In this document: one piece after another, positions 37,575 through 49,503 of the stretch | How the letters are laid out: each line of letters begins with the position of its first letter | How positions within the stretch are numbered: position 1 is the stretch's first letter | Assembly (NCBI GenBank): GCA_018398765.1 | Contig: JAHBMJ010000241.1 | Coordinates: forward strand, 1-52,918 | DNA length: 52,918 nt | Source of the DNA: Chromera velia | Lineage: Eukaryota | Direction of reading: 5' to 3' | The notes under the pieces: generated by a model | Told to the model about the DNA's origin: nothing | Database searches by the model: none | The model's input: the letters and a program-made list of their open reading frames with translations, nothing else | Program-made: the position numbers and the translations under genes

Positions 37575-38480
37575 CTTCAGTCAGTCAGCTAGTCAACCAG
37601 TCAGCGAGCCGGTCATGCAGCAGTCAGTCCGTATATATGTGAGTCACTGCATAAGCCGTTCAGTCTGCCATGCAGTAAGCCAGTCAGTTAGCTAGTCATC
37701 TCGCCAGTCACGGTGAGTCATGCACAATCAATCAGTCAGCTAGTTAGTCAGCCTGTCAGTCACTCAGCCAGTCAGCCAGCCTGTGAGCGAGCAAGTCAGC
37801 AGTCAATCCATAAGCCGTTCAACTCGTTGGTCAGTCAGCCAGCAGCCACATTCAGTCACCATCAGTCAGCCGGCACATCAGTTAGCCACCCAGTCAGGCA
37901 GCCAGCCAACTAGCCAGTCAGTCAGTGAGCCAGTCAGTCGGTCAGTCCATCAGTCAATCAGTCAGTCAGCCTGTCAGTCAGTCAGTCAGTCAGTCAGCCT
38001 ATCATTCAGTGAGTCAGTGAGTCAGTCAGTCAGTGAGTCAGTCAGTCAGTCAGCCTGTCAGTCAGTCAGTCAGTCAATTAGCCTATCATTCAGTGACTCA
38101 GAGTCAGTGAGTCAGTCAGTCGGTGAGTGAGTCAGTTAGTAAGTCAGTCAGTCAGTGAGTCAGTCAGTCAGTTAGTCAGTCAGTCAGTCAGTCAGTCAGT
38201 CAGTCAGCCTATCACTCAGTCAGTCAGTCAGTCCAGTCAGTCAGTCAGTTGGCCTCGCAGCCAATCAGCCAGTCAGTCAGTCAATCAATGAACCTCTCAG
38301 CCAATCAGTCAGTCATTCAGTCAGTCATTCAGTCAGTCGGTCAGTCATTGACAATCAGCCCATCAGTCAGTCTTTCAGTCAATCGATCAGTCCAAAGTCA
38401 AAAAATAAGCCCATTAGTTAGTTTTTGAGTGTGTCAATCAGACAGTCAGACAGCTAGTAGCCGAGTCACTCAGTCAGACA
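37575..38480 (+). repeat. Degenerate (TCAG)n microsatellite arm
   Basis: Long runs of CAGTCAGTCAGT read directly from the sequence. Confidence 0.95.
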
Positions 38481-38481
38481 A

Positions 38482-40214
38482 CCGGTTCATTCGTTCTGTG
38501 TATATATTCGCAGGTCTGGTAGGTCAGCTTACCACCTCAGTCGAGAGTGGTTCGCATGCTGTGTGTTGGTGGGAGTTGACAGGAAAGGGGTTTGAAGCTG
38601 ATACAGGTGGGAGGGTTCATGAGGCATAGTATGAACGGATCTACACTCTCATCAGGACCTCTCACCGCTCTCCGGTTCATTCGTTCTGTGTGTATATTCG
38701 CACGTTTGGTAGGTCAGCTTGGCACCTTAGTCGAGAGTGACTCGCATGCTGTGTGTTGATGAGAGTTGACAGGAAAGGATTTGAAGCTGACACAGGTGGG
38801 GGGGTTCGTGAGGCATAGTATAAAGGGGTCTACATTCTCAGCAGGACCTCTCACCACTCTCCGGTTCATTCGTTCTGTGTGTATATTCGCAGGTCTGGTA
38901 GGTCAGCTTACCACCAGGTCCTCAGTCGAGAGTGGTTCGCGTGCTGTGTGTTGGTGGGAGTTGACAGGAAAGGGGTTTGAAGCTGATACAGGTGGGAAGG
39001 TTCATGAGACATAGTATGGATGGATTTATACTCTCATCAGGACCTCTTACCGCTCTCCGGTTCATTCGTTCTGTGTGTATATTCGCACGTTTGGTAGGTC
39101 AGCTTAGCACCTCAGTCGAGAGTGGTTTGCATGCTATGTGTTGGTGGGAGTTGACAGGAAAGGGTTTGAAGCTGACACAAGTAGGAGGGTTCGTAGGCAT
39201 AGTATGGACGGATCTATACTCTCATCAGGACCTCTCACCGCTCTCTGGTTCATTCGTTCTGTGTGTATATTCGCACGTTTGGTAGGTCAGCTTGGCATCT
39301 CAGTCGAGAGTGACTCGCATGCTGTGTGTTGGTGGGAGTTAACAGGAAAGGGGTTTGAAGCTGACACAGATGGGAGGGTTCGTGAAGCATAGTATGGATG
39401 GGTCTACATTCTCAGCAGAACTTCTCACCGCTCTCCGGTTCATTCGTTCTGTGTGTATATTCGCACGTTTGGTAGGTCAGCTTACCACCTCAGTCGAGAG
39501 TGACTCGCATGCTGTGTGTTGATGGGAGTTGACAGGAAAGGATTTGAAGCTGACACAGGTGGGAGGATTTGTGAGGCATAGTATAAAGGGGTCTACATTC
39601 TCAGCAGGACCTCTCACCGCTCTCCGGTTCATTCGTTCTGTATGTATATTCGCAGGTCTGGTAGGTCAGCTTACCACCTCAGTTGAGAGTGGTTCGCATG
39701 CTGTGTGTTGGTGGGAGTTAACAGGAAAGGGGTTTGAAGCTGACACAGGTGGGAGAGTTCGTGAGGCATAGTATGGATGGATCTACACTCTCATCAGGAC
39801 CTCTCACCACTCTCTGGTTGATTCGTTCTGTGTGTATATTCGCATGTTTGGTAGGTCAGCTTGGCACCTCAGTCGAGAGTGGTTCGCATGCTGTGTGTTG
39901 GTGGGAGTTGACAAGAAAGGGTTTGAAGCTGACACAGGTGGGAGGGTTCGTAGGCATAGTATGAACGGATCTACACTCTCATCAGGACCTCTCACCGCTC
40001 TCCGGTTCATTCGTTCTGTGTGTATATTCGTACGTTTGGTAGGTGAGCTTGGCACCTCAGTCGAGAGTGACTCGCATGCTGTGTGTTGGTGGGAGTTGAC
40101 AGGAAAGGACTTGAGGCTGACACAGGTGGGAGGGTTCATGAGGCATAGTATAAACAGGTCTACATTCTCATCAGAACCTCTCACCGCTCTCTGGTTCATT
40201 CGTTCTGTGTGTAT
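38482..40214. repeat. Tandem satellite of ~189-bp monomers, 9 full copies plus a partial copy
   Basis: Monomer starts (CCGGTTCATTCGTTCTGT-like) at 38482, 38672, 38861, 39057, 39245, 39435, 39624, 39814, 40002 and 40191. Confidence 0.97.
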
Positions 40215-40290
40215 TTTTAGTCTGGGTCGGTCATATTACTTGGCAATTTGGTGTGCTAGTAATTTGGCATCTCAGGAGGGTATAACATCT

Positions 40291-40995
40291 GAATTACAAT
40301 GAGTTAGAAGCTGAAACTGAGGCTGTAAAGCCTTCTAACATAAACCTATCACCGTGTTGAAATGCTTTTTTGATCTAGAGAAAAAAAGTGTGAAAGTGCA
40401 AAATATTTTTTCAGACTAGAAATGCAGTTAGGTTTGCTATGCATAACTGACCTAACTTTATAGTAAGTTTATACCCAAGAAAATAAATATTCATAACTTT
40501 TGAATTATGATGAGTTAAAAGGTGAAATTGAAGCTGTAAAGCCTTCCAAAGCCTTCTAACATAAACTTATCACCGTATGGAAATGCTTTTTTGATCTAGA
40601 GAAAAAAAGTGTGAAAGTGCAAAATATTTTTTCAGACTAGAAATGCAGTTAGGTTTGCTATGCATAACTGACCTAACTTTATAGTAAGTTTATACCCAAG
40701 AAAATAAATATTCATAGCTTTTGAATTACGATGAGTTAGAAGGTGAAATTGAAGCTGTAAAGCCTTGTAACATAAACCTATTACTGTGTAAAAATGCTTT
40801 TTTGATCTAGAAAAAAAAAGTGTGAAAGTGCAAAATATTGTTTTAGACTAGAAATGCAGTTAGGTTTGCTATGCATAACTGACCGAACTTTAATGGCAAC
40901 TCTATACCCAAGAAAATAAATATTCATAACTTTTGAATTACAATGAGATAGAAGCTAAAATTGACGCGGTAAAGCCTTCTAATATAAACCTATTG
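40291..40995. repeat. AT-rich tandem repeat, ~211-bp unit, 3 copies plus a partial copy
   Basis: Units start GAATTA.. at about 40291, 40502, 40723 and 40934. They share AGACTAGAAATGCAGTTAGGTTTGCTATGCATAACTGACC. Confidence 0.95.
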
Positions 40996-41339
40996 CTGCC
41001 TTGAACGTCTTCTTTATGTTGACAAAAGACAGATATACGATATGGCATCATAATCTCTGTAGACGCCAGTTCGCTATCCTTCCCTGCAGCCTCTCCCTAC
41101 ACAGGTGTCCAACCTGACCTGCAAATATACTTATAGAATGAAATTCATTTCAACGAATGAACCAGAGAAAGATGGAAATTCATGCTACAAACGTGAAGCC
41201 TTTCATTGGATCCTTGATTCTCAATCCCTTTCACCCTGGCCGAGTTGAAAAGCGCCCTTGTGAAACCTGACAACTCATGTGACGCCAGTCTGCCCTTCTC
41301 CTCTGTAGCCCACCCTTATACATTTGTTCGACCCAACTA

Positions 41340-41450
41340 CAAATATATACACATACATACACATACAGATATACACATACACACTACATACAATACAAAC
41401 ACAAACATACACTCATATAAACACACATACAAATATTACACTGCATAGAA

Positions 41451-41492
<42 letters not shown>

Positions 41493-41497
41493 ACACA

Positions 41498-41536
<39 letters not shown>

Positions 41537-41800
41537 ACACACATACTGTAACACACACACACACATATACACACACACATACATACATACGCATACACAT
41601 ACATACACACATACACACAGGTACACGTACATATATACACACACACACACATACACACATACACACATACATACATACACACATACACACACACACATAT
41701 ATATATACACACACACACATACACACATACACACATACACACGTACACGCATACGTACACGCACATTCACACATTCATTCACACACATAAACATGCACAC
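41340..41800. repeat. (CA/TA)n microsatellite block
   Basis: Read directly from the sequence. Confidence 0.95.
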
Positions 41801-41809
41801 GTAAAGGAT

Positions 41810-42570
41810 AATTGACTAACTTACTGACTGACTGCCTGATTGAATGACTGACTGACTTCCTATCTACCTGTATGCATCTGTCTGCTTGCCTGCATGTCTG
41901 ATATACTGACTGATTGACTGTATAACTGACTGAGTGACTGCCTGATTGATTAACTCACTGACTGACTGCCTGATTAAATAACTGACTGACTGACTTCCTC
42001 TCTAGTTGGCTGCTTGCCTGCCTGTCTGATATACTGACTGACTGACTAACTGCTTCACTAACTGAGTGAGTGACTGATTGACTGTCTCACTGACTGACTG
42101 CCTGATTGAATGACTGACTGACTTCCTATCTAGCTGCCTGCATCTGCCTACTTGCCTGCGTGTCTGATATACTGACTAACTGACTGATTGACTGCTTCAC
42201 TGACTAAATGACTGACTAACTGATGGACTGACTCACTGACTGACTGCCTGTCTCTCTGCCTAATATACTGACTAACTGACTGATTGGCTGACTGATTGAC
42301 TGTTTATCAGTGAGTGACTGACTGATTGACTAACTGACTGCCTGTCTATCTGCTTGCTTGCCTGTTTGTCTAATATACTGACTGACTGATCGACTGACTG
42401 CCAAATACTGTCTAACTTACAGACTGACTGATGGACTGACTGACGGACTGATTGATTTACTGGCTGACTCATCAATTGACTGGCTGACTAGCTGACTGAT
42501 TGACTTAGTCACTGACTGACTGACTGACTGTCTGACTGACTGCCTGACTGACTGACTGACTGATTGACTG
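41810..42570 (-). repeat. Degenerate (CTGA)n arm, the reverse complement of the (TCAG)n arm at 37575-38480
   Basis: Runs of ACTGACTGACTG read directly from the sequence. Confidence 0.95.
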
Positions 42571-42930
42571 AACTGCCTGAGTTCTACCTGAGTGTGCCTG
42601 CTTATGTCTCTATATCTCTGAACCCCCTTCCGACACTGGAGGCATACCACTATCATCATTGTGGGGGACACCAGGAAGGAAGAAAGAGGAAGGAAGAAGG
42701 GATTCCAAAGGAAAGAAGAGAAGAAACTGGCGGACTGATTGATTGACTCACTGACTGACTGATTGAATGAACTGTCTGAGTTTCTACCTGAGTCTGCCTG
42801 CCTGTGCCTCTTATGTCTCTCAGCCCCTCTCCAACAGTGGCAAGCACACCACTATCATCATCAGGGGGGGCACCAGGAAGGAAAAAGGAGGAAGGAAGAA
42901 AGGATTTCAAACGAAAGAAGGGAGGAAACT
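42561..42930. repeat. Diverged ~200-bp tandem duplication (42561-42728 and 42760-42930)
   Basis: Shared TTCTACCTGAGT, ACCACTATCATCAT and CACCAGGAAGGAA...GGAAGGAAGAA.GGATT.CAAA. Confidence 0.85.
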
Positions 42931-44058
42931 TGATTGCCGCTTCCCACAGTTTGCCGGAGACGGCTGGAGACGTCCGGAGACGGCAGGAAAAAATACAGTT
43001 AGATTCGATCTTTCACCACAGAACGAACTCTCTTAACGCTCGACTTCGACCACTCTCCTGTTGTGGCTTTTCTTGGGTAGAGAGGTGGAGATGGGTGGAA
43101 AGATCTTTCATCTCGAATGTTCTACTAGAGAAAATCACGTCAGAACCTGAATTAACCCCGGGGGGTTTTGCGGTGGCGGATCCGCCGTGAAACTAAAAAG
43201 GGGTTCGTTTCTACATATGAAGGCCTCCAGGGCGGCGACGGCAAGGCTTCCAGCTAAAAAGTAGGTTCATTCATTTTTGGGGGGGGGCACCAGGGGTGAT
43301 GGGATGCTTTTTTATGTACGCTCCTCTTTTGCAACACTATATATGACATTATTACTCACAGAGACGGGGAACCCACCAACCATTTATTGAACAATTGTCA
43401 TCCAGTGTCCAGATTGAGTTGTACAACTCAAGTGAAGTAAAGTGAAATTGAGTTTCGAAGGAAAATGATGTTTAAAAAGCTTCAGAGTAATTACGGGGGC
43501 CGGCTTATGTTTAGAGAAATTTTTATGTGTCCCTTCCAGTTGGGCCCGAATGGCAACTATGTGCCCACAAATCACTACTTGGTTATAAGCTAGTAATTAA
43601 GATTTGGACATGATTTGGTCCTAAAATGCACAGGTGCATGGTGCCCACGCAGTCATCTCAGACGCGAGTATAGTATAGTAAGATTTGAATAATTTGCGGC
43701 CCGCGTTTGGTCGGGCCCGCGGACCGCAAATTTTGAAGGATACATGCACTATCATGCACTCCATTGCACTCCATCCAATTGCCGCGATCGTCCTTTGCCT
43801 CTGACCGGTTCCTCTTGTCCCAAAGCTTTCCTGTGCTGGTCGAAACTCATCACCTTCCTCGAAGTCTTGTGGGAGAGCTGCCGTTTCGTAGTGGAATCCC
43901 TGCGTTTGTCGTGGTCCGCTATTGAGTGCTGACCTCTTGCACATGCAAGCCGCTCAGTCTGGCAGGTAGTGCGGAATTGGCTTTGTTGTGGTCGTCAGAG
44001 TTGGTAGGTTCTCTTCGGACTTTCGTGACCACCACCGGTACCCGCGTGCCCTTTCAAG

Positions 44059-47000
44059 ATGGATCCTCCAAACACTCCCGAGTCAGTCAATCTCCTCAGT
44101 GAAGCGGCCGCTGTTCATTTGAATTGAGATGTTGTCCATCCATCTTCACTTCTGTTTCTCTCTCTCAATCTGTTCACTTTCTGTCTCCCTCCTCCATCAC
44201 GCTCTCTCTCTGTGCTTCACCTGCATCTGCGCCTGCCTTTCCCTACATGTGCTATGTACGACTGATCATCTGGTTGTCGCAGAAATTGGTACAAAAACCT
44301 TCCGATCGTCACGAAGATTATAGTGACGACAATCTTCATCGTCACTGTGGCGGTGGTGCTGGGTCTGTTCACACCTGCCATCATGCTGCTGGACTTTGGT
44401 CTCATCACGGCCAGGCTGCATGTCAGTCAGTCAGTCAGTTAGTTAGTGCCTCGTCTGTCTGGCGTATTCGTGTGTGTGTCTTGGCAGGGTCTTCTTGTCA
44501 AATGGGGTTGACCGATCTATGATAGATTTATCTTTCCGCTTGTTGACGGACAGAACAATGGAATGGTGAGAGTCTCACGTGGCTTTCTCATGTAGAACCT
44601 CGAAGACGCTGTAGACTGGAAGGGAGGTAAAGGCATTCGTTCGAATTGTGAGGGGAAAAGAAACCGATTCTATCTATCGATCGGTTCGGGGGGCAGAGAC
44701 GAAGCGTATTGGGAGATTTTGGAAGACGAGGAGGAGGGGGGGGCGCGAAATTGTGGATGCCAAATTGAGGGATGGGAAATCAAACCTGTCCAGGTTTCTC
44801 TCTCTGTCTCTCTCTGATGGATGAGTCAGGAAAAAACGAAGGAAGTAAGGCCCTCGATATCTGCCTGTTGCTTTCTCTTCGTTTCGACATGCGCGTCTCT
44901 CTCCATTCGCCTTTCGTTGTGCCGTCCCTGGTTGGGTCGAAAGAGCAAAGAAAGAAGGAGAACGTGCACAATTCACGCACACGCATCCAGGTGGATTCCT
45001 GTTGGTTTCAATGTGTTGTCGTTTCTGCTGTTGGCATGAACGCGTGAGTGCAGCTCTGGCGTCTGTTCACGAACTTCTTTTGGCTCGGCGGGTTCTCCAT
45101 TCACTGGATCTTCCAGATGTACTTCCTGTCAGTCAGTCAGTCTACCAGGGGGGGCATTCCCGCCAGGACCAGAATGCTCGGCGTTTTTTCTGCCGTCTCT
45201 ATTCCTCTCTCTTCTGTGAGTCTGAGAGAGACCCCATGCCTTCCTCATTTGTAAATGAAAAAAAAATCGTCCTGCGCTCTCTTGCTGTCTGTCTCTCTTC
45301 GTCTCTCCGTGTCCCGGCCTTCCTCATTTTTTTCTTTTCCGCTTTTTTTGGTAGAGAGTGTTGTTTCTTCTCTTGTGTTGCCTTCCCTTCCCTTCCCTTT
45401 CTTCTTCTGCTCTTGCCAACATGCAAGCAAGCATTCGGCTATTCCCTGGAAGAAATTGCGTTTTGTTAGCATTTCACTTTTTTTCATTTCTCGATGCAGT
45501 GAAGTCTCGTTGAAATGTAATCTTGCCGAAATGACTGAAAGAAAGAAAGGAAGAATGAATAAATGAATGAGCGAACGCAGGTGCCACTTCTCGACCCGTC
45601 TGGAGAACAATGAGGTCTTCAAGCAAGAGCCAGGGGACTATCTGTTCTTTATCTTGATACAGATGCTGACGCTGGACGTGCTCTCTCTGGTCCTCGAGTG
45701 GCCTCGGGGGATGCCCGTGTTGGGCCCCTCTCTGTCCTTCGCGATCATCTACTACTGGTCGAAGAGAGAACCTTTCTCGTACCTGTCTTATTGGGGGTTC
45801 TCTTTGCAGTCCTACCAGTTTCCCTTTGCGCTGATGTTCTTGAACATCCTCATGGGAGGCTCTGTTTGGACAGGTGGGCGGGCAGGAGGGCGGGTGGACA
45901 TATGCATGGATGGGGGGATACAGAGACGTCAGCTTCGATTGATGGGTGGGTGGATTGGCAAGCATATGCGTGCAGAGCATGAGCCAAGGGGCTGGTTTTC
46001 GTCTGGCAAGCGGACAATCAAAGCAAATGATTCATTCAGCTCCTGTTCCGCTTCTTTTTTCCCCTCCGGTCTTTCTTCTTTTTTTTTTCTCCGTTTCTCC
46101 ATGTCCCTCGCTTTCCCTCTCTTTCTCATTTCCATTTGCTGAAATTATGATTGATCAGTCAGTCAGTCAGTCAGTTGGTCTGACTGCCTGTGTCTCTTCT
46201 ATCAACATTTTTGTTCTCTAAGTTCGCTGGTATTTGGTTTTTTTTTCAGTTGGATCGTTTTGCATTTTATCGTTCTTTGAAAATGGGTGAAGTCAATGAG
46301 TTTGCTTCAGTCCGTCTCTGCGGTTCTTCGAGTGGCATACTCTCTTTCTCTCTCTCTCTCTTTCTCTCTCCCTTCCTGTGTGCCTACACTGCGTTGGATT
46401 GCAGACCTTTTAGGGCTGGCGTCGGGTCATTTGTACTACTTCGTGAAGGAAATTTTGCCTGGACAGTATGACATCTCTTTCATCTCTACACCTGGATTTC
46501 TGTCAGTCAGTCAGTGTGTTTTTCTTTTTTTTGGTGAGGGGGGGGAAATTCTTTTGGTGACCTTTTGTTTCTCCTGATCTTTCTTGAAGTGAGAGAATAG
46601 GGTGATTAGAGCAGGTACATGGATAACAACTCATCTTGCGCACTGATGTGGGTCTCTCGTCTTTCGGTCAATTTCGTTTGCTTGAAGTGGATCCTGCTCA
46701 CTTTTGTTTGTGCTCGTTTTTTTTACTGTCACGTGCCGTCGAGCCATTCTGTGATTCTTTCCAACCAGACTCGTTCGTTGCATCTAAGCCTGACTGAATG
46801 GTCGGCCTGTTGGGTCAATGAGTTCTTTTGGCTGACTGACTGACTGATTGACTGACTGACTGACTCACGCACTCACTCACTCACTCGCTCACTGATGGAA
46901 TATGTGCCTCACCTTTTTTGTGTAAATGCTGCGGTCTCTGTCTGCGGCTTCTTTGTTTTCGTTTTTTGTGTCTCCTCGGTTTTCGATCCATCTTTTGTCG

Positions 47001-47841
47001 CTCTTTCTGTATCCGCATGTTTCTCTTTCCTCCATTTCTATTTTTCTCGTTTCGCCGGCCCAAACAGAAACCATTTGCCTCCTTTTCGTTTTTTCCACGA
47101 CCGAACTCTTAAGAAACATTACTGATACACAGCGCTTGATTTGCGTTCTCACTCTCCCTCTCCCTCTCTCCTTTCCTATATGCTCGCATGCAGACATAGC
47201 GCGGTGCAGACAGTCGCCGAGAAGGTGCAACCACGGGGGAACGTCATAAGAAGTGAGTCGGCCAGTTAGTCAGTCTTTCGTTAAAAAGAACGAAGAAAGT
47301 GGCAGTGAAAAAGGCTGTATGAAAGGGACAAGCACACGACCTGCCCGCCCGCCCGCCAAACAGATTTCTCTCTCTAGGGTTCCTTCGCTCTCTCGTCTTC
47401 ACTGTCATGAAATGCGTTGACGCTTGCTTCTTTATTGCCGGTAGGTGGCCTTTTCCTCCCTGCTGCCCCCTAGTCGCTTTCCCCAAAATTTGGCGTGGTC
47501 CTCATTCGGACCCTCCGCGTCTCTAGCGCACAGGGCTGCGCTCCTGTGTTCCGAACGCAGCCACAGTAAGAGGATAAAAGAGACGCTTGGGGGAAAGGGG
47601 AAAGGAGCTGTCTTAATATTGACGTTTTTTCAAAAAAAAAAAAAAAAGGGCAAATGGAACGGGCTGAAGAGAGGGGTCTGAAATCTGGTGCGTTTCTCAA
47701 CCAAAGAGGACAGTCTTGTGAGTGAGTTCATATGTTTTCAATTTCCTTCCATGCCTACTTGCAGTGCAACCGCAGCAAGCCCAGGCACAGGCAGGCGGCG
47801 GCTTTTTCGGGGGTCGTGGGCACAGGCTGGGGGGGGACTAA
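44059..47841 (+). CDS. DER1: Derlin (Der1-like ERAD rhomboid pseudoprotease). Predicted exons: 44059-44081, 44283-44421, 45054-45127, 45581-45873, 46405-46501, 47194-47252, 47765-47841
   Basis: Motifs WYKNLPIVTK, LWRLFTNFF, RLE...F...PGDYLF, YYWSKREP, DLLGLASGHLYYF and STPGFL, plus a C-terminal SHP box FFGGRGHRLGGD*. All splice phases are consistent. Confidence 0.93.
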
Positions 47842-48812
47842 TATTATCCGGGCAGGTATGTCGACATACAGTTTTGAGTTTAATAAGTGGTGTTGTTATT
47901 CTTCAAGGAAGAGGTCAACCGACAGTAATTCTTCAAAGTTAGCGTTTCAACCAACTAGTTCTGCTTTTATCTACTATAGCATGACCTAAAGCATGACTGA
48001 ATGAGTACCTTAGTATTAGAATTTTTGGAATCCTGGTCAATTTATTAGTATTTGTTAGTAAAATCACTGGTGACCAGTAATTTTCAAAACAATCCAAATT
48101 TTACTTTGGATTAGGATTAATGTCCGGAGGATTGGCCTCCCGCCCCAATGCCGAATGTCCAACGTACGGCTTCCAGGGAAAGCGTCTAGATGCATCAGAC
48201 CTCCTTGGCTGGCCAGCGCTAACACAAGTCTAGCCTGTGTCACGAACGGATCATATTGAACAATCAATCACCTGCGTGTGTATGCCTAGGTGTATGCGAG
48301 AGGGCTCACTCTATTCCAAAGCAGAGTTTGAAAGGGAACGATCGCAGAATTGCAGATGAACGGCTCAAAGCGAGTTCCATACAGCAAAACCTCCCAGCAT
48401 CCCATCCTCCTCCTTTTTCCCTCCTCTTTTGCTTCCTTTGTGTCACTCCACACCGTTTCATACATACGGGGAAATGTAATATCTTTCCACTGGTCTTTCC
48501 ATTTTTTAGTATTAAAATTAATTCTTCAGACACTCTTATATAAATCAACCTTTTAATCAATACGACTAGAACTATAGGTTTTAATATGCTTTGATGTGCT
48601 AGTCAATCTATAACTATAAGTCAATCTGTTTAACGTCGTTCCTTATATATGAGTAGACCCTTTGATACTAGCAGAGTAGTAATTAGCTAGGTTACAGCCT
48701 AGGTAATTAGAATTACTGGCCATTGATACACACAACTTAACTTAATGATGAATTGAATAATTATAACTAGCTATAGTAATAACTTAGATTATAACTAGAT
48801 AATTAATGTAAC

Positions 48813-49503
48813 TACACAGTATGGTTAGGAGTTACTACCGGGCCTTTTGGAGGGGCGGCGAGTTACCGTTACTTTGGTAACCATAGGGTGGTAACTTGGA
48901 GGCCCAAGGGCCCCTACCACTACCGTGGTAGTTCGGGTCAAGACCCCGATAAAAGATATAAAAAAAGCGTGATGCATGCATCAATTAAAAAAAAATCCGT
49001 CTCCTTCAAATCCGTTTCAATTTTCGAATTCAAAGTCAATTTTTAAACGAAGGTCAAGCTTACTTATGGTCAAAATTATGGAATCGTTTCTCTTCTATCC
49101 CCTGTCAGAGCAGACCAACAATTGACGAAGGCTTCAGTTCGGCAGTGATCAGTGCTTTCTCATGCGCACTGTACGTGGGAAACTAGGAAACAAAACTGAG
49201 TGGTCCGCTTCTTCCTAGTTTACTGTTCACTGTCTCTGGCGGTTTTCGGTTTTTTTGTCTTATCGTGAGACGCAGTGTAGTGAAGTTTTTCCTTCCTCCT
49301 CTCTCCCCTCTCATTCTTCGTTCTTCTTTTTTCTTTCCTGTGTTTCCCTCCTGGCCAGCTATATGCAATCCTACCACTATCATGGTCATGGACCCATGGT
49401 ACTAAAAACTACCACCGTAACCGTGAAATTGGTAACCCGGGCGGCCTAGCGGCCACCCGGTATATAGCCATCCTACTATCGTTACTCCTAACCGTACTGT
49501 GTA
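48813..49503. mobile_element. 691-bp non-autonomous TIR element (hAT-like) with 8-bp TSD AATGTAAC
   Basis: TIRs TACACAGTATGGTTAGGAGTTAC ... GTTACTCCTAACCGTACTGTGTA. AATGTAAC occurs at 48805-48812 and 49504-49511. Subterminal GGTAAC/TACCAC motifs at both ends. Confidence 0.88.

Noticed and set aside
38482..40214. Hammerhead ribozyme or C/D snoRNA array on the minus strand of the satellite (CTGATGAG in most monomers)
   Set aside because: The putative stem II (GAGTG/CACTC) is not followed by GAAA. Several copies read CTGCTGAG. There is no convincing terminal stem for a C/D k-turn.
38482..40995. CRISPR-like array or repeat-protein CDS
   Set aside because: There are no unique spacers. Monomer lengths of 188-196 do not preserve frame, so the ORFs are incidental.
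48180..48256. HDV-like ribozyme (CCTCCTTGGCTGGC...CGAA)
   Set aside because: P1, P1.1 and P2 pairings cannot be built.
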